From Microthyrium microscopicum (lineage: Eukaryota), in assembly GCA_010405405.1 (NCBI GenBank), contig MU004230.1:2824627-2888626 (forward strand): 64,000 bases of DNA, given 5' to 3'. Position numbers and translations under genes: made by a program. The notes beneath the pieces are model-generated. The model had not been told where the DNA came from and ran no database searches. It saw only the letters and a program-made list of their open reading frames with translations. Below, piece by piece: positions 35,975-47,992 of the stretch; positions within the stretch are counted from its first letter, which is position 1, and each line of letters begins with the position of its first letter.

Positions 35975-36995
35975 ATGGCGGATACCTCACCTCCCGTCGC
36001 GGTCTTCAAAAAGCGCACCACCAAAAACCTCCGGAAACGTCCCGCAACTCCACCACCCGCCTCCTCCTCCGACGAAGAATACTCATCCACCGACGAAGCC
36101 GGCCATCGCATAAAACGGCGTCGACGCGCAGGCGTTGCTGCTGGCTCCACCACCCACAAAGCTGGCAAAGACTCGAGTGACTTGCTCAGCACGACGAAAT
36201 ATGCGGCTGACCGATCGACGTTGATCGCAGACTCGAACGATGCTACCAAACAGAGTAATTGGTACGACGAACATGCGCCAGATGCACTCAGCGCAAAATC
36301 TTTGCTGGGCACAACAAGAGCAAAGCCAGCGGTGCCGGATCAGGAGAGAGATGGCGCGTATCATGGGCAGGCGGGGTATACGAATTTTATAGCGAAGAAT
36401 CCGAATAAACAGGACAAGGGGATGGGACCTGTGAAGGCGCCGACGAATTTGAGGGCGATTACGATTACGGATTATAGTCCGGATGTGTGTAAAGATGTAG
36501 GTTACCCTAGTTCCAAGAATTCAAGTATACTGCTAACATATGTCGCAGTATAAGCAGACGGGTTTCTGTGGATTTGGCGATAATTGCAAATATTTACACA
36601 CGCGAGAAGTCTACAAGCAGGGCTGGGCACTAGACAAGGAGTGGGAGATTCAGACGAGAGGCAAGAAGCTCAAGGGTACGGTGGTAGCGTCGGCGAACCG
36701 CAGTGCGATTGATGAAGAGGAGGAGAAGGATGCTGAGCTGTTGGAGAAGATTCCGTTTGCGTGCATTATCTGCAAGGGGCCATACAAGAATCCGGTGGTG
36801 ACGAAGTGTGGGCATTACTACTGTGAGAGTTGTGCGTTGCAGAAATATCAGAAGAATCCGAGTTGTGTGGCTTGTGGAGCTGGCACGAATGGAGTTTTCA
36901 ATACTGCGAGGAATTTGAACAAGCTTTTGGAAAGGAAGAAGAAACGGGAGGAGAGACTGAAGGAATTAGAGCAGGAGGATGAAGATGAAGAATGA
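35975..36995 (+). CDS. CWC24: Pre-mRNA splicing factor Cwc24 (CCCH + RING)
   Basis: GPVKAPTNLRAITITDYSPDVCKD/YKQTGFCGFGDNCKYLHTRE across an intron at about 36497-36549. RING domain IPFACIICKGPYKNPVVTKCGHYYCESCA..CVAC. Confidence 0.95.
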
Positions 36996-37371
36996 ACGGG
37001 TATCAGCATTCATAGTCACCATTGCATAATCAAAGCCTTGGAACCTGCAAATTCTGCTTCTTTACAGCGAATCATGTACGTTTGCGTTCTAGTGGTTTCT
37101 CATACCAACAATCCGAGGCCTCGCATGGCGCAGTCGCATTGTTGACATGGCTCCTTGCTCGACTTGGAATGCTAATCACAAGATACGAGACGCTCGTCAG
37201 ACTGTTGCGGCGAGAACGAGGATACAAAAGCAACTTTGATCTCTTTGCCGACAACCAGAGTCCAGAACGCTTTCACCTCCTTGAGTCCTTTCTCTAGAGA
37301 CTCGACAGACAATCTCAACACGCGAGCAACAAACTACCTACCACATATTAGTTTCACTGACAAGTTACAAC

Positions 37372-37899
37372 ATGAGAAACAAGGGCGCAGCACAAGGCAA
37401 AGTCTACAAGTTCAAAAGCAAGTCAGAATGGAGCGATAAAAATGCTCAACTGATCCAATTATCGACGCGCTATCGATCCCATATGGTAGTTGTTCTAGGC
37501 AAAGCATTCGGAAGACCACCCGGATGGGTCAGAATTGTCAATGTACGTTTATAACATCCTCATACACCGGAACTATACTAATCCCACAAGGTAACTTCAA
37601 CCTTGCCTGAGGCATATGACCCAACTCGCTACCTTCCTATCCACCCAAACAGAAAGTTCCGAAAGGGCGGTATACAACTGAAACTATGTGGAAGTTGGGA
37701 ACAAGATACTTTGCTCCCAAAGTTTTCATACATAAGGATCGACAATGTGCAGGAAGTCCCGCTGGAAATTTTGATGGAAACAACGAGGTGGGATGGGCTG
37801 GGGGTCATGCTGCAGGAGAAGTCTTTTAGTACTTTGCTGAGCGTTACAAATGCAGCTGTCGAGATGGAAAGACGCCGAAAGTCAGGCATGTTGACTTGA
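37372..37899 (+). CDS. Two-exon hypothetical protein, possible PemK/MazF-like fold
   Basis: Intron at about 37543-37590 (GTACGT..ACTAAT..AAG) joins HMVVVLG..VRIVN to VTST..YLPIHP..GIQLKL..LPKFSYIRIDNVQEVP..LQEKSFSTLL in frame. The start is uncertain. Confidence 0.6.
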
Positions 37900-39084
37900 G
37901 TATCATTATGAAATCAAGGGTAGATCGTGTGTATCAATGAATGTTTTTGAAACAAGCCACGAATAGTGAATAGAAGATGGGATCTTATATGGAATTGAGA
38001 GACTATATCTTTAATTCCTTGTCAAAGATTCAGGGTGTCCACCGCAAGTACGTTCAATCAGTCATCTGAGCAACTAAATAGCTTGCTACGATTAGTTCAG
38101 ATGTCCCCTATAGCAAAGTTTGATATGGCGTGCGTTCCACGGCCCTTCGATCAACAAGCTCGTTTTGACACATCGATACATCTTAATCTCAAGAGACTAC
38201 ACGCTAACCTTTTTCGAACCCGCATTTGATATGAGCAACGGCACAAAGCTACTCTGCCGAGTATGCGGGCGGTTCAACGACCGTCAGATACAATGAAGAA
38301 CGACTAGGCCGTCCGTTTGATCACACGGTTGACCTGCCGCATCGAATCCTTTCCCCAAATCTGTGAATGAAACCAAGCAACACCAGACGAAGCAGCGCCT
38401 TCTTCGAATTCATAAAAGGTTGTCTGGAGGACTTTAGCAGCAAAAGTATAGATGACTGCGTCCACTTGCTCATACGCGCCCACCAACCCACTCCTGCACA
38501 TGGCCTACTACCGAGCATCCTGACCATAATATGGACGCCCTTTGCAGCCAGTATTCTACGCTGGCTAGGCAATACGCAGTCCAGGATCGTCAATGGCTGT
38601 ATCTTTGGAAAAGTCCAGGCCATTTTGCACGCCCGACAACAACTGGAAAGCTGATCGCTGGGTTGATCTGCCCGTTTGAAGTCACGGTCTCGGACACCTT
38701 TCGATGAGACCAGATAACACCGTATTTTCTATTTGATTCGCGTCTGTCTGATTGAATGGTTGGTGGAGTAGGCGGCCGTTGACTGTGTATAGTCAGGAAG
38801 TAAGACGAGGAGTCAGATGGGCGCAGCATTGTCTGGTGAGTATTGGGCCGAAAGTTCTGGCCACCACACATAAGCAGGATCTATGAGCTTATGGGGCGGT
38901 CATGTCGAGAGAATATGCGGCGTCCTGGAGAGCACATGGCTTGACATTGTAGCTATCAGACCGGTGATCTCTGACATCCGAGGAGCTCTTGAGCAGAGGG
39001 TGTGCACGATTGAGGCCATCGTGTTGTTTCCGAACATAACGACTGCAAGGAAAGAAATGAGCCGTTTCGATTCTTGATGACATC

Positions 39085-40627
39085 TCATTCAATCGTGTGG
39101 TTTCGATAAGTTCTCAATCTCGGCCATTCCGTCTTCCAGAAATCTGGCCCACCAGTCTTTTGAATTGCCTCTAACAGCGCTGTGAGCTCCGGAGAAAAGG
39201 CAATATTCTTGAAATCCAGGAGTTCCAAAGGATACTTTTTATTAGCCTCATTTCTTCCATTTTTGCACTCCACTAGCTCATGCGCAAAGCAAATAGCTTC
39301 CCAGGGAAGTCCCATGCGAATCGCCAGTTTCAGCCCTGCCATATGGACAGGCACGTTACCAGGATCCACATGACCTGTAATCTCATACCAGTCCAAGGCT
39401 TTATAATATCGAGTTTTGCGTTCACCTTCGTATTCCTTGTGGGTGCGATTCTCCCAATCTAGTGTCGATTGGGATATTGAGTCCTGTGTAGTTAAGACTT
39501 CGGCCTTTGTTATGCGCAATGATTCATCTTTCAATACATCGGGTCCCTTCAGCGGATAAGGATGGTAGAAGGACTTCCAGGTATGACGAGGCCAGACAAT
39601 GTGGAAGTCAGGCAAACCTGCCAAAGGATCGCACTTTCCGGGTGTCTCGATGTAATCTCTAGTTGACGCTGACAGCTTACTGAACGTCTCATCGTCAAGA
39701 GCACATAAGTCTCCCAGTCGCTTGCCAACTTCCTGAATGTTCATGTTGCAGCCAGCAAGCAAATGCACCTCCAGAAAGTGTTCGTCGGTAAACTCCATAC
39801 ATTCTAGAAGTTTTGAAACTGCTCCTGCGTGCTGATGCTGCAATGTAGCTTCGAGCCAAGCTTTTTTAGCACCATCTTCGTCGTCCTTGTTGCGTTGATG
39901 CAGACCGTGAAAATAATAAATGTCTCCTATCGACGGAAGTTGCGATTCAAGTCCTGGCAGCGCGTGTGCGTCTTTGTTGGCCTTCCATGTACCGTTTCCA
40001 ACCATAAGGATGATTTCTGGCCACAGAATATCGGCCTCGCCCATCGTTGCATTCGTTGGTGGCACAGAACTCAATACAAAGGCTTTGTAAGCCATGGCCT
40101 GTAAATCGTTCTTCTCTGCTAGAGAACCCAGCTCGCGAAGAGCACTCTGGGCTAGGGGTATGTTCCATTGTCCTTGGTCGCCTTGAACTCGAAGTATGCT
40201 CTGTATTATGGTGAAAGTGGTTTCACGGCGAAGTTTTGAGTTTGGACTTTGTATACAGGCACTCAGTATGCGCTGTACATTTTGAATGACTTTGGGATTG
40301 TTGCTGTTCACATTGACGGGATTGCGAGCCCAGGTCAAGGCTTCTGGTGTTTCGGGGTTTTCTATTCAAGTTAGATATGTGGTATGAAAGATTTGTTGGA
40401 CCGAAATAGTTACCGCTTGTCCATGGTAAGACTTTATCGGGATTGCCGGCATCATCTTTGGGGGCAGTTGCACGCTTTGGCTTCGACTGTACTGGTGGGG
40501 GCTTTCGATTTGGAGTGGTTGATTTGAAAGCAACTAGAACATGGCGATTGAAGGGTGTGCAAGCTACTGGTGATAGACGAGGACGAACCGAGAGTTGGGC
40601 AAGGCAGGTACGACAGGTACGAATCAT
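39085..40627 (-). CDS. Mitochondrially targeted alpha-helical (TPR/Sel1-like) protein, possibly Mss2-like
   Basis: Arg-rich presequence MIRTCRTCLAQLSVRPRL. Intron 40414-40362 (GTAACT..CTAAC..TAG) joins the two ORFs. Helical-repeat-like segments GAKKAWLEA and KALDWYEI. The gene is well supported but the product is weakly assigned. Confidence 0.6.
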
Positions 40628-41853
40628 TCTGTGGGGTATGAGGCCTTAAGGGTGGCTAGAAGAATGCTGACCATGGATTGATGGCATATTGAATCCAATG
40701 TGATTCCAGATGAGTCTGGAAGAATTGTTGGAGGTTGATGTTGGGAAAAAAGTGGCTTGCATGAAGTTGGGATGGGGTACCTTGCAGGGGTCTTAGCTAG
40801 CGTGTTGAACAAGCTTACCAGCGAGAACAAGTATAACGATTTATATCAAAACCAGAGTTTTCTAGGGGATATTTCAGTTATGTTTGATTAGAAGCTATAG
40901 AGAATAAGAGTATCTCGTTCTAAATCGAGATCAGAAAAGAATAGAAGGAACAACCGACTTGGTAGGAAAGAGCAATGAACGATGAGGCAGGCACGACCTG
41001 GGTCCTGCAAGCAATTATTCTGGCAAGGAAGGCGCGTGTTGATCACGATGCAGGCGAGGCAAGTGCCAGGCACAATCTACAACTTCTACAACTTCTACAA
41101 TTGGAACATACGACGCCACATGGAAAGCGTGAACCACGTTCTTCTCAACTACTCTAGGTTCTCGAGTCCTTTGGACTATCAAAATCACCTTGGGCTTATT
41201 TCATTTCGTCTTGTTCAAGTCAAGTACCTATTCCATCTCTATCTGCAAAGACTGGAACATATCAAGATGCAAAGGTTCAAAATCGCGACCCTCTTCATCT
41301 TGTCAAGCGCCAGTCATAGGCCAGGGGGAGCAATCCTTAGGAGCAAAGCCAAGCCGGCTCACATCTTCACAGTGGGTGGACCTCTCAACCTAGCCAGCTC
41401 TTCCCAGCATCATTGGCTGTTGCTCCCACCACCAGCGCCTCTCCCTTACTTTAGTCCAGCCGCCTCTATCAATCTAACCTCAACTGTACACACTCAATCC
41501 AACCTTCATTCACCCTCCTTTTCTTTCAACATCCTCTCATTATCATACTGCTTTTCTGTCTCTCTTTAAATCTTTGTGCTGACTTTGTCAATCCTTCAAT
41601 CACTTGTCTAGGTGCTCTGCTTACAATTGCACCCTACTCTGACGTTTTGTTTGATCTTCCTGTCCAATCGTTACAACGCTGTCGTCTCAAGCAATATTAC
41701 CTCTCTTAAGCCCTTTGCATCTGCACCTACAGCTTCGAATTTATGACCTTGGTCTCTAGGCCACCATCCACCATATATTACTCCCTTTTCGCTGCCAAAT
41801 ACTTCACCCCGCTATTCCTCTCTATGCCCAAATTTCTATAGCCATCTGCCACC

Positions 41854-44800
41854 ATGGCTCTCGTCGAGCAACCCGCTGCTCAGCTTGAGAAACACCTCGA
41901 GACTCCACCACAATCACCCCAGTCCGACGCTGCCACGCCTGTACCCAAGAAACCTCTCGAAGATATACCTACTCCAACCGATTCTATGGTCAGCATTGAT
42001 TTGTCTGAGCCCTCGAGAAATAGTGATGGGTCGATATTAGTTGAGGATACTACTGCCAAAGATTTGGTTGAAGAAGTTTTAAAGCGAGCATCCGAATCGC
42101 CGACACGTCACAGATCTGAAATTGAAGTTGCAGATGTTGTAGATTCACCTGGTGCAGAGGCTCGGTTGATGGAAGAAGTGGCATTTGAAAAGGAGAGGGC
42201 CCGTGCTGGTTCAAGGAGAGGATCTGTTGCAACAACTTCTGGTAGAGATCGAAGTGATTCTGCAGCATCTGAAAAGAGTGTCGACGTTGATTGGGAATCT
42301 TTGGATCGTACTGAAACCCAACAGACTAACGATCAAGATGATGAAGTGAGTACTACATGTCACTTCTTGGCAATAATTCCGTTACTGACTGGTAATCGCA
42401 GCAAACAACACTTTTACTCGCTCGATTGGAACAAGAAAACAATGCAATCGCTACCGACCCCAAGAATAGAATACAACGGCGAGTCCGTGGCCAATCCAGA
42501 CCTCCTTCCATACTACATCTTCAAAAACTGGTTCAAGAGCAAGGAGCACGATCCGTCCGATTCTCTCTCTTACCAACCGCCGCTCCCATGACCGAACTCG
42601 ACTTTTGGGCTGCTCTAGTCCGCGATTATCCTCAAACTGCTCAACGATTACCAACCATAACTTCCAATAAAATCCGAAGCGGAATTCCTCCACCACTTCG
42701 TGGCGTGACATGGGTCAGCATGTCTGGTGCTCGCGAAAGAGCCATTGAAGAACAATATGACAAATTATACTACGAACCTAGCCCATATGAGAACATGATC
42801 GGGAAAGATGTCGGACGAAGCTTTCCACAGCACGAAATGTTTCGCGATCCAAACGGTGATGGACAAAGGATGCTGGGCAGTGTTCTTAAATGTTATAGTC
42901 TGTATGACGACAAGATCGGATATTGTCAAGGTCTTGGTTTCCTCGTTGGTCCTCTTCTGATGAATATGGGCGACAAGGAAGCATTCTGTATTCTTGTTCG
43001 GTAAGTCTCAGATTCATACATACACCACAACATGCAACTAACAGGTCCAGACTTATGGAAGATTATGGTCTTCGATCATGCTTTCTCCCCGATCTCTCCG
43101 GACTTCATCTTCGAATTTATCAATTCAATACGCTACTTCGTCAACATGTTCCAAAAGTTTCAGCACATCTGGAGATGCTAGGGGTGGAAGGAGAATATCT
43201 TTCACAATGGTTTCTATCATTTTTCGCAGTTACCTGTCCCTTACCCTTACTCTTCCGCATCTACGATGTCATTTTCGCCGAAGGAGCTTCAGAAACCATT
43301 ATGCGTGTGGCTTTGGCCATAGTTCGACGCAACGAACGTAAAATTCTCGGTTATTCCGAATTCGAGGATGTTATGCAGTTACTCCTCTCCCGCCAACTTT
43401 GGGATGTGTATGGCTTAAGCCCAGCCTCGGCAGACGAATTCGTGCATGACTTTGTTAGCTTCACCAGCTTGGTCACTCGAGAGAGTTTGAATGCTGTCGA
43501 AGCCAACTTTCGTGAAGCACAAAACAGATCCGGAGGTCGAAACAGCTTTTTGCCCAACGTTAGTAGCGCTGCCTCTCGTTTCCTGGGTCGACTTTGGACA
43601 ACAACACCAAAACAACAGACGCTTACTCCTGGAAATGTGCCAATACAACAAAACTCTAGGCCAACCAGTAGGCTTTTACGGACACCATCGAAACAGAGCT
43701 TGTCCACAATTAGTTCGGCAGAAGGCGCTTCAGAATCTTCAGCCAGCACAGCCAGCACAGCAATGACTGATGTGTCCATGATCTCCAGAGACAGTTCGAA
43801 CGACGCCTTCTCTTTCAAGTCAAGCAAATCACCAGAATCAATGCCTCCTCCAAGTCGGCATAGACACCAACAGTCGACGAGCACAAGCAAAGAGCGCGAA
43901 CTTGACAGCCAAATCGAGGATCTTCTCACTGTGTTAAGTGAGATGCAGAAGAACCAGGCCCTTCTCACAGCCCAATTACAAAAGATGCAAGAAGACCGCA
44001 ATGAAGACAACATCGCCGTTCGCGCCTTCATCGACCAAGTCCGTCTCGACATGTCTGTCCCACTTCCCAAAGCCCGCTCTCACCGCCGAGCCGCATCCGC
44101 ACAAATCACCAAAGCCCCAGACGCCGACCACCGCAAAATCTCACCCACCACAATCCGCCTCCTCGACTCTTTAGAAACACGGCTCTCCTCGCGCCACCAC
44201 CGCCGCTCCTCCAACTACGAAACAAAAGCAGACCTCCGCCACACCATCGCCACCGTCCGCGAACAACTCCACGTCGAATCCACGCGCTCCCAGGAACTTA
44301 CCCGCCAACTCGACACGAAAGAACAAGAACTCTCCAACCTCCGCGACGAAGTCAGCCACGCACGCGCCCGCATCAAAGACTCCCACTTTGACAAACAGCG
44401 CCTCGAAAAAACCGTCCTTGATCTCCGCCAAGCACAGCGAAGACCGAGCCGCACGCCCACCCGCTCAAACAGCAAATCGTCCACGCATAGCGAGCATGAG
44501 ACTGAGTTACCTGACGCAGCTGGCAAAGGTGGTCTTCGAGAACTACGACTTGGCCGTGGGCCAGGCATTTCGCGCACCAATAGTAATGGGCCGACGCAAG
44601 TCTTCGCCAAACGTACATCTAGTCTTGCTTTCACCAACAGCGAGCCTGGCCCTGGATCACTTCGGCACGCAGCAACGGTTAGTGCGCCGACGTTCTCGAC
44701 GACACATCCGGAGAACGACTCGATTCTTCTTGAACTTGCGAATGCCAAGACTGCGGAGGCGATTGCAAGGCAGGAACTGGAGGAGATGCGCGCGCGTTTC

Positions 44801-45001
44801 GATGCGTTGCGGAGAAGTATCTCGAGTGGCGCATCATCACCAGCGCCCACAGCACCCATGACCATCGCGACTTCTGAGCCGCTAGCTGCAACGCGGATTG
44901 AAAATAGCAGTGGCGCTGGGACACCGACAGCTGTGCCGACACCACCAGTGAGCGGAGGCGGCTCGTTTGGTGGGTTCTTTGGCTGGGGAAAGAAAGCTTG
45001 A
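41854..45001 (+). CDS. TBC-domain Rab GTPase-activating protein (Gyp5/EVI5-like) with C-terminal coiled coil
   Basis: IRSGIPPPLRGVTW, IGKDVGRSFP (Arg finger), GYCQGLGF (Gln finger) and YLSQWFLSFFA. Introns at about 42346-42400 and 43001-43050. Confidence 0.92.
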
Positions 45002-46505
45002 TTACTCCTGTAGTTGATTTGCACCCTGCAGTTGATTTATATCCTGCAGATGATATTGTTGTACATATACCCTAGAAGGACAAACTTTCGTTTAATGTGT
45101 ATATAAAGAAGAAATGGTGTATATAGATGGGGCATATTCGGAGTAGAGATCAAGGCAAGCATGGGTGGTATTTGCTTTGGGATATAGATGATATTGGACA
45201 ATCTTTTGTCTGTCGGATATTCTGAATGAGTTAGATATAATTCACATTTTCGATCCACATTCATGCTAACTCTACGTGGATTCAGCTCACAGCATCCTCC
45301 CAAGTCTAAATGTTCTCCATCCAATTTCAATGTCATGATAGATCGCACCCCTTGAACACTTGAACACCATTTAATCAGGGTTTGTACGATTACTCATACA
45401 TGGCCTTTTGTTGCAGGATCTAACTTCTTGTTTTGATTCATTCGATTCACTTGTTCCTTGGTCATTCAACAAATCATTCGACCATGTACTTCTCCTTGTC
45501 GTTGCCGCTGCATGCCGAGTAAATCCCTGCCTCACTTGGTTGGCACTGTTGGGTTCGTCAAAGCTGGTATCCTGGTATTGAATCAGCGATCGAGTTTTGG
45601 CCCTTGACTTTTCGAGTCCCCTATAGTCCCCTCAATTTCTTTCTGGTCGATCATTTTCCTTGTTCTTGGCAACTCTTTCAGCTCAATCGTCATTGTTGTC
45701 TATATCTAGTACCTACGTTCTTACTACGTTAAAGTTGATAAGAAATTAACCCGAAGTTCACAATAAGGCTGCACAATGTTCCAACTTTTGTCACTGCAGG
45801 GAGTGAAATCTGATGTTGATGTCCTGGTGGCGAAGTTCTACACAGCATGATGTCAAATGCTATAAAGATTAGAATGCAATTCATGGACTGATCAAGCTGC
45901 TGACTTGCCTTGCTTGCGCATAACAAGGGACTTCTCTGGTGCCAAGTATCACCATACATCCAACTTTCTTGCCTCATTATTTGATACAGAGCCCATGCTC
46001 CCTGCCATCCTTGATCACAAGGCAACAAACAGCTTTTCGTGATTTCAGGGATTGTACATGACAACTCTCCGACCATTGGATCGTATTGTGAAGCTCTGGG
46101 ATTTGCAGCTAGCATTCTTTCCCATGTGGTTTTCTGGTCCTATCGTTTTTGGGCGTGAGGGGCTTCTACTGGGACGTTGTTGGCTCTGGTAGAAGGTATA
46201 CCTGGAGATTGGTAGGGGATGGTCTCATGAGACACCAGACCCGAAGGTTCCGAATGCCTTGCGGTCTGCTGGTGTAAGGGTATGGGTCTGCTATTGAGTC
46301 ATTATTACTGGCATTGGGTTTGTTTTGAAGTAATCGTTAGCGAAGGGGTCAATGGGGATGATGGAGATCGCCTTTGCCGGTTGTATAAAATCTGTCACAG
46401 TTCCTGATTTCTCAACTGTTGGTTCGAACTGTCAATCGTCTTTTCGGATCTTTAAGTAGCATCTACAAGAAGTATAATAAGTACATTCTGGTACCTAAAG
46501 AAACC

Positions 46506-47470
46506 ATGGGCAACCACGCACTTGATGTGAACCGTAAGTTATTCCCACCCTTGAAGACCATGTATCTGCCAGTATCCAAAACATCACTAACATCAAATAG
46601 CACCATTCGGTGCAGACATCCACATCACCACCCGAGGCTCCGACTGGCTCTGGACAGTTTTCTCCCTCTTCACCCTCGCCACCATCCTCTTCCTAGCACA
46701 CAGTTTCGTCAAACTCCCCAGCGAGCGCCTCTTCCACTACATCGACATATCCATCCTCCTCCTCGCCAGCATCACCTACTTCACCTACGCCAGCGATCTA
46801 GGCTACGTTGGCATAGGCGTAGAATTCTTCCGCAGCAACCACAAAGTGCGCGGCGCAACTCGACAGATCTTCTACGTTCATCACATCTATTGGGTCTTGA
46901 GTACACCGTTGCTGCTACTCAACGTGCTGCTTACTGCCGCTTTACCGTGGACTCATGTCTTTTTTGTGATCCTGGTTTCACTTGTGGCGACGGTGTCGTT
47001 TTTGGTGGGCGCGTTGATTTCTAGCACGTATAAGTGGGGATTCTTTGTGTTTGGGTTGGCTGCGTTGGGGTATATTGCGTATACGCTTGTCATTCCGGGA
47101 AGGAAACATGCTGCGTTTTTGGGTACGGATGTTGCGAGGGCGTATAATGTAGCTGCATTGCTGCTTATATTCGCTGGATTCTTGTACCCTATTGCTTGGG
47201 GAGTCAGGTAAGTAAAATCGGCAGATCTACGACAGGGACGGGATACTAACATACTATAGTGAGGGCGGTAATGTTATCTCGCCAGATTCAGAAGCCGTAT
47301 TCTACGGTATCTTGGATCTGTTGGTCGCCTTTGGAGTCTGTGGATGGACTATTTGGGCTCACCACGATATCGACCCCTCAAGACTCAACCTTCGCTTGCG
47401 CAGTTACGACGAAGACATCCCAGGCGCCAAGGGACATGTTGAGAAACCAAGACCAGCTGCTAATGTCTAG
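46506..47470 (+). CDS. Opsin-related protein (Hsp30/Yro2/FDD123 family) lacking the retinal-binding Lys
   Basis: MGNHALDVN/PP..HITTRGSDWLWTVF, YFTYASDLG, RQIFYVHHIYWVLSTPLLL and YPIAWGV/SEGGNVISPDSEAVFYGILDLLVAF. Introns 46534-46600 and 47208-47258. Confidence 0.88.
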
Positions 47471-47992
47471 TATGACGACAGCGGTGCGGTGGAAGTAATA
47501 GTAATCACTGGCAAAGAGAGATACGGTTGTGAGATCTGTCGTTTTTGCAATTATAGTACGATACCCGTTGCGTTTCCAGCATGAAATGATATAATTTATT
47601 GAACTTTTTGGAATTTAGTTCCCGAAGGAGCTTTGTTTTGACATAACATAGCCAAACGCTTGAAAATCAATTCTATATAATTTACATATTTGACCACAGT
47701 GCGAAAAGGTCGGTAAAAAGTGAGGAGGTGAAGGTACTAACATTGACACCAGGGAGCTCATTCATGGCTTGTTGGACAGGAATCCCGATAGCGAAATCTC
47801 AGCCTCTAGTTCTTGGGATCGTTGCCAGCCCATCTTCAACATCAACGAAACTGATGCCCATACATATCTGGAAACCACAGAACTAGATCTCACCGCCTTG
47901 ATGGGAGCCATCCAGTGCGATGTATGTGACTTGATGTAGAAAGAACTTGAACGCACGACTGCGGGGCTATCGAAACCGACAGTCGAATCATC

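Noticed and set aside
38035..39080. Cluster of short ORFs between the PemK-like gene and the TPR-like gene
   Set aside because: No consistent frame, splice pattern or motif. It might be a decayed gene but cannot be supported.
40982..41569. 195-aa ORF containing a 9-nt tandem (CTACAACTT)
   Set aside because: Lies in the pyrimidine-rich promoter/5' leader of the TBC gene, has non-protein-like composition, and the repeat is a trivial microsatellite.
43351..45024. Long antisense ORFs (239 and 269 aa) opposite the TBC gene, and 21930-22640 opposite TOP1
   Set aside because: Shadow ORFs arising from codon bias of the real genes, with no recognisable motifs.
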